Positions 21,626 through 30,203 of a DNA stretch of 48,122 nucleotides are shown piece by piece. Source of the stretch: Promethearchaeia archaeon (GTDB lineage Archaea; Asgardarchaeota; Lokiarchaeia; Sigyniarchaeales; SOKP01); assembly GCA_029856105.1 (NCBI GenBank), contig JAHQWH010000045.1, positions 1 through 48,122 of the forward strand, read 5' to 3'. Under the pieces are notes generated by a model. The model was given only the letters and a program-made list of their open reading frames with translations, did no database searches and was not told where the DNA came from. Position numbers and translations under genes: made by a program. Position 1 is the stretch's first letter. Each line of letters starts with the position of its first letter.

Positions 21626-21843
21626 ATTAATAACCCTTCTACTGTAATTATTGCTAAATTAAGATTTAATATTATTTAAACATTTTTGTCAAAAAGAGCA
21701 GTTCAAATAAAAAAAATAATAAAAAATCATATGATACTACGCAGAAGTCATTTTGATATTATACTAATTTTAATTTAAATTATCGTTTCATTCGCTATAG
21801 CTTATAGTTATTAATAATTTAAGATTGAAGAGATCTCAAACTT

Positions 21844-22242
21844 ATGTCAGAATTTTTACTCGATTTTTTTGTTCTCGCGGAAGGAGGAAAAGTGATCTTT
21901 AGCCATTACTCTCTGTTAAAATGCGATGAACAACTGCTAGGTGCGTATTTTCACGCGATAAATGCGATTTATAAGATTTGTTTTCAGAGAGACTTACAGA
22001 AAGTATCAATGAATCAATATCGTTTGCATTTTAAGAAGATAGAACCATTTTTCTTTATTGGCATGTCATCAATTGACATTAAACATAAATTAGCTAACAA
22101 TAATTTTGAACATTTAGCCCACCTATTTTACGATAAGTTCCAGCACAATTTACCGCAATATTGGCAAAGCGACGTAAAACTATTCCATAGCTTTAGTTCT
22201 GAAGTGGATAAAAAGTTAAAAGAAATATACATAGAAGGATAA
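21844..22242 (+). CDS. longin/roadblock-like domain protein
   Basis: FFVLAEGGKVIFSH, DEQLLGAYFHAI, W..DV..F..F pattern of Asgard longin-like proteins. Confidence 0.65.
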   Translation: MSEFLLDFFVLAEGGKVIFSHYSLLKCDEQLLGAYFHAINAIYKICFQRDLQKVSMNQYRLHFKKIEPFFFIGMSSIDIKHKLANNNFEHLAHLFYDKFQHNLPQYWQSDVKLFHSFSSEVDKKLKEIYIEG

Positions 22243-22275
22243 AATAGGCTGCAATTGGATTTATCGATTTTTTAA

Positions 22276-22881
22276 TTACAAGTTTCCGGATTTATTTATC
22301 TTTAATTTATTCCGAGCCATGTGAAAGGCGTAGGCGGAGCAAGAGCACATGGCTCTTAAATTTTTTTGGAGTATATAATTATTGTTGGCTAAATTTGGAT
22401 CGTTACGATCGGTTACAAAGATAATCAAGGCAAGCTGAGTTGGAACGTGAGGCCAAAAAAATCTGCGACCTAATAAGACATGTAGAAGCTCTAAATTCTT
22501 TTTTGCTCTCTGATAATCGAATACGGGGGCAATTTTATAAGCCTTGTGAAGGTATACTCTTACTTTTCGATAAAGACGCTTTCTTTCGGGAGTCCACGCG
22601 ATGTAACCAGAACGTAACATTTCGTTAAAAGCTTTAGCTTCTTTTAAAAATCTGCTCATAACATCTAAAACGAGAATCTCAGGCACATGCGTCTGTTTCG
22701 CAATATTTTTAACGAGGAAGTGACTCAGCTCTATAACGCTTTTATCGCCGTTAGTTAAGCTCTCGCACCTAAAAAAGTGATCTAATACTCTTTTTTTAAT
22801 TAAAAAACGCTTAGATAATTCGCTTAGCACATCTAAATTTTTCACCAAAAATACCGATTCACTCGTATTTCCAGCCATCAT
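22276..22881 (-). CDS. hypothetical protein, C-terminal half resembles a TFIIB cyclin repeat
   Basis: QLALIIFVT...ILQKNLRAMCSCSAYAFHMARNKL resembles the TFB AAAAIYIA...TQKEIA..GVSE.TIR..YKEL pattern. Confidence 0.5.
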   Translation of the reverse strand: MMAGNTSESVFLVKNLDVLSELSKRFLIKKRVLDHFFRCESLTNGDKSVIELSHFLVKNIAKQTHVPEILVLDVMSRFLKEAKAFNEMLRSGYIAWTPERKRLYRKVRVYLHKAYKIAPVFDYQRAKKNLELLHVLLGRRFFWPHVPTQLALIIFVTDRNDPNLANNNYILQKNLRAMCSCSAYAFHMARNKLKINKSGNL

Positions 22882-23008
22882 TTATTCCATTATTTATTCA
22901 ATGTCGTAGACTTTAAAATCGTTAAAAAAAATTAAATGTTTAAACCGTTGCTTGTTTATAAAGAAAAAGAAAAAATAAGAAAAATTAGGGCTTAAAAATT
23001 AGTAATAT

Positions 23009-23515
23009 TTATTTATACTTTTTAGACGCTTTATTTTTTTGTTCTAGTAAGTACTCGCGCTGAGCGTCCTTTACATAAGCCTTCCAATCTTTTTCCTTCA
23101 TGCGAATAAGGCCTATTAACTCGTCTAAGTCTTGGTCGCTCTCGTTTAGCCCTTTATCAGAAATAGAATAACTCTTTTTGCCACGCTCATCGAAATCCAC
23201 GAGTACATTTTCTTTTAAGATTAATTCATCGAGATCTTCGTATAATTTCTGATGATCTATACCTTCTTTTAACTTGTTTGGATGTAATAGAGACACTTTA
23301 GCTCGCCCGTTGGTCCGTATGTAATTAACGAGATCTATAGTGTAAGTAAAGCCTTTCTCTAGAGCCGCTCCCATGAGGTTAAAATACTTCAGTTCGCAAA
23401 ACAGACACAAAAAAAGATTGTTGTTCTTTTTGAGCTTCTCGTACCTTTCCTTCTCTAGCGGAAAATTGCTTTTACACTCGTCGCAAGTACCCATGACATA
23501 CGGCAATTTAGACAC
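23009..23515 (-). CDS. zinc-finger protein with possible winged helix
   Basis: CDEC...CLFC, then helix and YSISDKG wing-like motif. Confidence 0.55.
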   Translation of the reverse strand: MSKLPYVMGTCDECKSNFPLEKERYEKLKKNNNLFLCLFCELKYFNLMGAALEKGFTYTIDLVNYIRTNGRAKVSLLHPNKLKEGIDHQKLYEDLDELILKENVLVDFDERGKKSYSISDKGLNESDQDLDELIGLIRMKEKDWKAYVKDAQREYLLEQKNKASKKYK

Positions 23516-23591
23516 TTATTTTTATTGTTATTTTTATCCTTATACTTAAATTTTCCTAAGAATTAATCGCATATAAAAATTTTCTAAACGA

Positions 23592-24686
23592 CTAAGATAG
23601 TTGGTCTAAAGTTTTTTGTACGGTTTGTGGGCTTATTTTCTGCTTTTCGAAATAGTCTCGGCACTTGTCGAAATTCGCAAATAGCTTGGCTAAATTTTTT
23701 TGTACCCTCTCCCTATTTAAATAGTGTTCTTCACACAATAAAGAAAGAGTTCGTTGCTCGTTGGGAAAATTCCAATTTAAACTAGGGTACTGAATAATAA
23801 CTTCGGGTAGCAAAAATATTTTTCTAACTTTCGCAATCAGTTCTTGAGTAAGGGAAGAAAAATCGTAGTTTTTTTTCTCCTTTAAAATTACATTTTCCAA
23901 ATTTTTGTGGTTTTTAACGAACTTATAGGCGTGATTCGGTCCAATTTTTCTAATCCCCGGAAAATAATCGTTTCCAATAAGGATTCCTATGTCGACGAGT
24001 TGGAACTGGTCGATTCCTAATCGCTTTAAATTATCTTTCAGATCGATTACCACAGGCACGACCTTTTGGTACTTCCACCTTCCTTGCACTTTCCGTCTCA
24101 GCGATTTCGAAAAGTTTTGTATCTGGTGCGGGCATCCGAAGAGAAGTGAATCGAAATCTTGGGAGTTGGAATAATGGGCGAGCCTATCTTTGACCAATTG
24201 AGCGCATTGAGATTCTGCCGAAGCGGGAGAACTTATGCAAGGTATTCCTAAAGCACCTAAGAGCTGTTTCGATTCTTTGATGATATTAGGCCATAGATAT
24301 TCTCTGGACATCGCGATTTTTTTTGCGCTTTCCCTGTTTCCAGAACGAATCATCGATCGATACCAATTTTGCGTGAAAATGAAGTCGTTAAGTCGGTCTT
24401 TCGTTTTTAACTTCTTGAGCTCTGAGTCGAGTCCGTCGAAGCAAAAAATCGGGAAAATTTTCTTGGAAAAGTAAAAGTTAATCCTGTACAACAAACCATA
24501 GAGGTGAGATATCGGTCTTTGAGTTCGATCTAAGATTAGTCCCGCGCGAGAACCGTCTGGGTTTTTTCGGGCGAAGTTAAATAGGCTCATAATCACATTC
24601 GGGGCGTCTATTGCCATAATTTTACCCGCTAACTCGGAAAATTCGATTTTATTTCGGGCAATGAGCTCTTGTAGTTTAACTCCCAT
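23592..24686 (-). CDS. fen: flap endonuclease 1 (FEN1/XPG) family paralogue
   Basis: MGV, AIDA, SHLYGLLYR, FDG, SQDFDSLLFG, GNDY.PG...IGP, C-terminal QKTLD PIP-like motif. Confidence 0.9.
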   Translation of the reverse strand: MGVKLQELIARNKIEFSELAGKIMAIDAPNVIMSLFNFARKNPDGSRAGLILDRTQRPISHLYGLLYRINFYFSKKIFPIFCFDGLDSELKKLKTKDRLNDFIFTQNWYRSMIRSGNRESAKKIAMSREYLWPNIIKESKQLLGALGIPCISSPASAESQCAQLVKDRLAHYSNSQDFDSLLFGCPHQIQNFSKSLRRKVQGRWKYQKVVPVVIDLKDNLKRLGIDQFQLVDIGILIGNDYFPGIRKIGPNHAYKFVKNHKNLENVILKEKKNYDFSSLTQELIAKVRKIFLLPEVIIQYPSLNWNFPNEQRTLSLLCEEHYLNRERVQKNLAKLFANFDKCRDYFEKQKISPQTVQKTLDQLS

Positions 24687-24729
24687 GAAATCTGAAAATC
24701 TTTTAGATTAATAAAGAAAAAAAAATTAA

Positions 24730-25845
24730 TTATTGTTTTCTCGTCTTTTTGCGTCTAAGTATCAGTAAAGTTGCTACACCTATCACTACCCCTCCACTAA
24801 TAACCGAAATTAAAATAATCAGCTCGATTGGAATTCCTCCACCATCTTGAGCTAAAATTGGACATGTCATTAATGGAAAGTTATCCATACTTCCAGCAGT
24901 ACCCGTTATGTTGTAAGGAATATCTCCTATACCATCATTATTAGCGTCTTTACCCGTAAAATCATCCCAGTAATTCCCTTTACCATCAAAATCCCACGCA
25001 TTATTAATACCATCATCTGTTGCTTGATTAACATTATCTATAAAACAATTGGCGTATACAGTATTATTAGTTGGATCTCCTCCAAAAATAGCCAAACCAT
25101 AAGTATTATTTGAGATATAATTTCCTTTTATAGTATTATTATCAGCTGTAAATTGTATTGCAATACCATAAGAATTTAGATGCTCAATATTATCTTCTAT
25201 TTTATTAAAAGTAGTAGACTTAGATCCTCCTCTTATGTATATACCAGCCACCATATTGTTAGATGCGAAATTATCTGAGATGGTGTTATAATTAGAATCC
25301 TCATCAAGATATATACCGTAAGCGCAATAAGACGCGGTATTGTTCATAATACTGTTGTAACTACTATTAAATAACCTAATCTGAGATCCAGATACCCATT
25401 CTTGTTGTGGAAGATTCATATTCTCAGTAATATAGCCCTTTGTCGTATTATATAACCCAATACCAGCATTAGAATAACTGAAGTTAAAAAGACAATTCTC
25501 AATTCGGAAGTGTTTTCTAGAATTTAAAATTGATAAGCCATTTGATAAATTATTGTTAAAGAAATGATCCTTAATTATATATGGGTCATTGTTAGTACCA
25601 GAACCGGTACAAATGCCTTGATCCTTAGCCCATGTCCAATTATGAGGACTTCCGGGCAAATCATTGATTTCGATAGGACTTGTATAGGTAGTTGATGAGC
25701 GTAAAAAGATAGAGTCTACTTTTTGCATTTCAGAAATCTCAGTGATTTTAAGATTAGCGGTAATTATTGGCAATAAAGAGAAAAGGATTCCTAAAGAGAT
25801 TAAAACTATTAATATTGATGCCTTTTTTTTTAGTTTTGATTTCAT
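24730..25845 (-). CDS. cell-surface right-handed beta-helix (NosD/CASH) protein with C-terminal TM anchor
   Basis: Signal helix, CTGSGT..DPYII, GIxL..SxxNTI repeats, GNYWDD, GGIPIE + TM + basic tail. Confidence 0.88.
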   Translation of the reverse strand: MKSKLKKKASILIVLISLGILFSLLPIITANLKITEISEMQKVDSIFLRSSTTYTSPIEINDLPGSPHNWTWAKDQGICTGSGTNNDPYIIKDHFFNNNLSNGLSILNSRKHFRIENCLFNFSYSNAGIGLYNTTKGYITENMNLPQQEWVSGSQIRLFNSSYNSIMNNTASYCAYGIYLDEDSNYNTISDNFASNNMVAGIYIRGGSKSTTFNKIEDNIEHLNSYGIAIQFTADNNTIKGNYISNNTYGLAIFGGDPTNNTVYANCFIDNVNQATDDGINNAWDFDGKGNYWDDFTGKDANNDGIGDIPYNITGTAGSMDNFPLMTCPILAQDGGGIPIELIILISVISGGVVIGVATLLILRRKKTRKQ

Positions 25846-26005
25846 GTTGTTTTCGCTACATTAGTATAAATATAAGTAACATTTAGAAGCTGTTTCCTAA
25901 TAAAGATGATCCAAGTAATTACCACCAAACTAACGAAACTACCACTAAAAAAGTGAAATTAGATTAAAAAAATTAGTAAAGAAAAAAAAAAGATGGGTTA
26001 AGTTT

Positions 26006-26119
26006 TTAGAAAAACGGTAAAAACATAATTTTGTTTACAGTTAACGCTAAAGCCAATAAAAAAGAAATCGATATAGAACTGACCGAAAAGAGCGTTATCT
26101 TCCATTTGTCGCTTATCAC
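26006..26119 (-). CDS. 37-aa hydrophobic peptide (MISDKWKITLFSVSSISISFLLALALTVNKIMFLPFF)
   Basis: GAGGT RBS, GTG start, T-rich/TATA motif upstream, T-tract downstream; below the ORF-track cutoff. Confidence 0.55.
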   Translation of the reverse strand: MISDKWKITLFSVSSISISFLLALALTVNKIMFLPFF

Positions 26120-26264
26120 ATTGTTTTAACCTCTTATTTCGAAGTGGTTAGAACTAAGTTTAATTAATTTTATTTAAATGAAAAAAATGCTCTCGAAATT
26201 TTTGTTTATAAACAAATAAAGTATTATCAAAATTAAAACAAAAAAGTACGAGTGATATAATATT

Positions 26265-26633
26265 TTGAAGAATAAAGGAGACGGGATAATAATTTACCAT
26301 CAGAAAAGAAGAAGCCCAAATAAAGTGTTTTTAGCTTTTCTCGGAATTTTAGTATTTATAGCGTTTTACGTCCCTTTTTTTGGTTCGAACCTTCAATATC
26401 AGACAGGTACTGTTTTTAAGTACATATTCAATATGATCGGTAATCTATTTTTGATATTAGGGGGTGCAAGTCTAATTATAAACATTTTAAAGGTATTTGG
26501 TAAACGGATAAGCATAGGTGGATTTACAATAAGCATTCTACTTTTATGGATTGGCGCCTTTCTTACAGGGACTTCTTTTACGATTATGGGATTTCTTATC
26601 GGAGGAAATAGACCGCCGATAGGATATCATTAA
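26265..26633 (+). CDS. small membrane protein (about 3 TM)
   Basis: GAGTGA RBS, hydrophobic segments. Confidence 0.7.
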   Translation: MKNKGDGIIIYHQKRRSPNKVFLAFLGILVFIAFYVPFFGSNLQYQTGTVFKYIFNMIGNLFLILGGASLIINILKVFGKRISIGGFTISILLLWIGAFLTGTSFTIMGFLIGGNRPPIGYH

Positions 26634-26729
26634 ATTATTTTTTTAAAATCTTAAAGTAAATTAAAAACTCTTGTAACAGATAACAACCAAATAATTAGAA
26701 TAAGAAATTATTTTTTTTTCTGTCAACCT

Positions 26730-26954
26730 TTATCTAAAAATCCTAAAGTACTTAAATCCAGTAGAAAGGCCACAAACACCTAAAAGAACAAAGGAGGCGA
26801 CAATTACTCCAAACATTTTATATCGAATTCGTGGCCCGCCCCATATAATAAAAATTAAGCCTAATATTAGACCTAATAAAGCCAAAATAGAGCCGACCGC
26901 GATTAAAAATTCGACTCCTTCTAAAACGCTTTCAAAATAATCAAACATGACCAT
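26730..26954 (-). CDS. small 2-TM membrane protein
   Basis: Two hydrophobic helices; TATA about 25 nt upstream (leaderless). Confidence 0.7.
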   Translation of the reverse strand: MVMFDYFESVLEGVEFLIAVGSILALLGLILGLIFIIWGGPRIRYKMFGVIVASFVLLGVCGLSTGFKYFRIFR

Positions 26955-27009
26955 AATGAACTTATTTTAAAACGAGTTTATTTAAAAGAAAAATTGAAAA
27001 ATTAAATTG

Positions 27010-27150
27010 CTATGGAAGGTCCATCAAGTAATGAGGATATGGGTGCCCGCCTCTTCTTACCTGCGAGTCCTTTTTTTTTATCCGTCTTTTCTTTCTTTTA
27101 AGGAAGAAAAAGAACCTACTTCTCTTTAAACAACGCAAATTGTTTTTCAT
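27010..27150 (-). CDS. 46-aa highly basic peptide (MKNNLRCLKRSRFFFFLKRKKRRIKKKDSQVRRGGHPYPHYLMDLP)
   Basis: AGGGG RBS + ATG, TATA-like upstream; below the ORF-track cutoff. Confidence 0.45.
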   Translation of the reverse strand: MKNNLRCLKRSRFFFFLKRKKRRIKKKDSQVRRGGHPYPHYLMDLP

Positions 27151-27180
27151 TTTAACCCCTTAAATTAAATAATATTTAAA

Positions 27181-27372
27181 AAAAGAAAGGTTAGAATTAA
27201 TAATCCTAACCAATCTTAAAAAACTTTGTTAAGGCGAGTTATAATAAGAAGACTTTTCCATTTAAAAGAAACGGCTTACCTTAATTTCTGATTTTTTGTC
27301 GGAAATTCTTATTTACTTCAAATATGTAAAGAGTAAATCGAATTTAAAAATTAATTTAGGCGTTTTAAATTG
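27181..27372 (+). repeat. about 190-bp imperfect direct repeat, copy 1
   Basis: Colinear with 27959-28150 at offset 778, e.g. AATCCTAACCAATCTTAAAAAACTTTGTTAAGGCGAGTTAT identical. Confidence 0.92.
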
Positions 27373-27477
27373 CTTAATAGTCGTAAGTGTTTTAGGTTAT
27401 TCCCTTCCGTCTTTCCAACATCATTTAAAAAAGAAAAGAATTAGGAAAAGAAGCATTACCTTCTGAATTTAAGATTA

Positions 27478-27726
27478 TTATTTACCTGATTTAGCTAAGT
27501 AGTAACCCGGTAATATACAGATTACAAATGGAATCCCAAACACAATTCCAAACAAAATCATATATGATGAATTAAATAAATTCCCAATTTGATCACGATC
27601 AAAATCATGAGAAATTATTCCAATTACAGCGTAAGCAATAAAAGCAATTATAGCTATCCCTATTATAAGTAATACAACTCCAACTATAGTAGCTGGCTTT
27701 ACTCCCTGCGATTTCATAATATTCAC
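27478..27726 (-). CDS. small 2-TM membrane protein between the direct repeats
   Basis: 82 aa, two hydrophobic helices, CpG-poor. Confidence 0.7.
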   Translation of the reverse strand: MNIMKSQGVKPATIVGVVLLIIGIAIIAFIAYAVIGIISHDFDRDQIGNLFNSSYMILFGIVFGIPFVICILPGYYLAKSGK

Positions 27727-27958
27727 GAAGTTTATACTTTTATTTTAATTAATTATTTGTAAAATTAGTATATAAATCCTTTCGTATTATTTGGGGGCAA
27801 ACGGGTTGTATTTACTGGTAAAATCCCATTTTCACTATTTCAATTTTAAAATAGAATAAAATTTTAACATTCAAAATATTTGTTTAAAGTGTGAAAATCA
27901 CAATTTTAATATTAATGAAGATAAAATTAGACTAAAGCTAAAGCTAAATCCTATAAAA

Positions 27959-28150
27959 AAAAGAAAAGTTAGAATTAAAAATCCTAACCAATCTTAAAAA
28001 ACTTTGTTAAGGCGAGTTATGACAAGAAAACTTTTCCATTTAAAAGAAACGTCTTATTTTAATTTCTGATTTTTTGTCGGAAATTTATTTTTTCTTTAAA
28101 TATGAAAAAGCGTAAATTGAATTAAAAATTAGTTAAGGCGTTTCAAATTG
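27959..28150 (+). repeat. about 190-bp imperfect direct repeat, copy 2 (promoter/5'UTR of the Zn-ribbon gene)
   Basis: Colinear with 27181-27372; ends at the TTG start of 28148. Confidence 0.92.
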
Positions 28151-28465
28151 AAAAAACTAGAAGAGATAGGCACCTGTCCAAGTTGCGAATGCTCTCTAAT
28201 CGTTTTTAAGACGAATAATTACAAACGGTTCGTTAAGTGCGATGTGTGCGGACTCTCGTACGCGTTGCCTAAAAGAGGTAAAATAAGCAATTCGGCTCTG
28301 GAATGTCCAAAAAGCAAGTTCCCACTACTTATTATCGAAAGGGCTGACCAAAAAGCGTATTTCTGGTCAGACCAACCGTGTTTTACCTGCATTGATTTCG
28401 ACAGGTGTCCCGTCGTTAAGGAATTAATCTTGGAGTTCAAAGAATTGGAGGTGTACGGCTATTAA
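28148..28465 (+). CDS. topoisomerase C4-type zinc-ribbon protein
   Basis: IGTCPSC...L.V.KT...KRFVKC..C..SY.LP..G......ECP pattern of type IA topoisomerase Zn ribbons, plus an extra Cys cluster. Confidence 0.7.
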   Translation: MKKLEEIGTCPSCECSLIVFKTNNYKRFVKCDVCGLSYALPKRGKISNSALECPKSKFPLLIIERADQKAYFWSDQPCFTCIDFDRCPVVKELILEFKELEVYGY

Positions 28466-29495
28466 GTCGCATACAAAAGCGATTTTTTTTGGTTTTTTGG
28501 TCGTATCAGGATTAACTATTGGGTTGTTAACTAATAAATATCGAATTAACATGAATGGCAACGAAAACATCGGATTAGCACTTATAGACGCACCTAATGC
28601 GAGCTCTGAAGATTTACTCGTTGACAAGGTGTTCACTTTTCTCGCTCCGAACGACATTCAACAGTTCGACGACCTATACTTATACGAAGAGCTCAATTAT
28701 TATGTATTAATAGAAATCGTAACGCCACATAATTGCGAGATCAACGTTACGGTGGTAGATCCCGATTCAGACATTTATGAAATTTTTAAAACCGAAATAA
28801 ACATATCGCAAGGCGACCAGTGGTTCGAAGTCCCTTTTGGGACGGCGATTTCAGGGAATTATACTTTCTTAATCTCGGTTATTGCCGAGCTGAACTTAAA
28901 CTTATATTTTAAAATCTTTTTCGATAGGGAAGACAAATGCCTGTACGACATCATGTCCCCTGAATATATCGCCAAACTGAAGCTGTATCAAGTTAATAAA
29001 TTTTACGATGGGACGGAAGTAGAGCACAGTATTATGTTAAAAACTGACGTGTCTTACAAGTTCCATATAGGAAGGGTATCAGCTATTGGTGGAGAACCAA
29101 TTAGTCGAGAAGTCGAAGTGTATTACTATCTTACAGATCCTGACGATATTGAATTTACGATATACGCTAACCAGACCATGAAAAGCGTTGGAGAGGTTTT
29201 GCACTTTAATTTCGGTACCGCGATTGGCGGGGTTTACACCGTCAAAATCAAGATTTATTGCAAGGTCGACGTGGTAAATGTAGCTTACGCGATAGCAGAA
29301 GATTATTCGATAAGCACCGGTATAAACGGAACCGAGCCAGATCCCGAACCAACAAATGGAACTATTCAAGGCTATTTTTACATACCGATAGAATGGACTC
29401 TCGGGTTTGTCCTCAGCGCGGGACTCGTAGTTGGAGCTTTGGTAGTTATGGGAAGCGTTCGTAAGAAAAAAAGCTCAGTGTCGTTAAGAAATTAA
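28455..29495 (+). CDS. cell-surface beta-sandwich protein with N-terminal signal and C-terminal TM (start probably ACG 28455 or ATT 28461)
   Basis: Internal duplication (DPD.DI...FGTAI.G.YT twice), Pro linker, TM + KKK; open frame upstream of TTG 28497 supplies the basic n-region after a GGAGGTG RBS. Confidence 0.75.
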   Translation, partial: TAIKSHTKAIFFGFLVVSGLTIGLLTNKYRINMNGNENIGLALIDAPNASSEDLLVDKVFTFLAPNDIQQFDDLYLYEELNYYVLIEIVTPHNCEINVTVVDPDSDIYEIFKTEINISQGDQWFEVPFGTAISGNYTFLISVIAELNLNLYFKIFFDREDKCLYDIMSPEYIAKLKLYQVNKFYDGTEVEHSIMLKTDVSYKFHIGRVSAIGGEPISREVEVYYYLTDPDDIEFTIYANQTMKSVGEVLHFNFGTAIGGVYTVKIKIYCKVDVVNVAYAIAEDYSISTGINGTEPDPEPTNGTIQGYFYIPIEWTLGFVLSAGLVVGALVVMGSVRKKKSSVSLRN

Positions 29496-29565
29496 AGTAT
29501 AGATTGCAGGAGGAGAAAATGACATGGGAAAATGTTATATTAATCTAATTTACATCTTCTTTTTT

Positions 29566-30033
29566 TTATTCAGAAGTTCCTAAATCTTCAGAAACAAGAC
29601 CAAGTTTATCGACCCATTTACGGATTGTTATCATACTTACACGTTGCTCATTCGCGATATCTTGAAGAGATATCCCTAAATCATAATATTGATGCTTTAA
29701 CCAACTTGGATTCATATAATCTTGCTTTTCTTCAAATCTCTTTTTTTCTTCTATATGCCCTCTAAATTTTTTAGGCGATATTATTAGAGCTTTTATTAGA
29801 CCCCAAGTTAATATAATGATTCCAATAATTATCAAAACAATACCACATAATAAAATAATTTCAATTTGTAAATATAAAATTCCATAAGAATAAAATAAAA
29901 GGATTAATACGATACCTGCTGGATTAGATATAATCATCACACCAACGCTTATAAAAAGTATACCAAAAATAATTACACCAACGATATCAATAACGATACC
30001 AAGTAAAGAGTTACTTTTATCAATTTCACTCAC
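29566..30033 (-). CDS. membrane-tethered helix-turn-helix protein
   Basis: N-terminal TMs; WLKHQYYDLGISLQDIANEQRVSMITIRKW HTH. Confidence 0.7.
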   Translation of the reverse strand: MSEIDKSNSLLGIVIDIVGVIIFGILFISVGVMIISNPAGIVLILLFYSYGILYLQIEIILLCGIVLIIIGIIILTWGLIKALIISPKKFRGHIEEKKRFEEKQDYMNPSWLKHQYYDLGISLQDIANEQRVSMITIRKWVDKLGLVSEDLGTSE

Positions 30034-30203
30034 TTCTTATTTTCACCTTTTCTAAGAAATATCTCTCTATAGTTATATTATATATTTATTTCTTTTACTT
30101 TAATAAAGACTTTGCTTTAAATAATTTATAAATTCATAAATTCTAAAGTAATTAGAGTAAAAAAAAATAAGCCTTAAGAAAAAAAATAAATAATTATTAA
30201 TTT

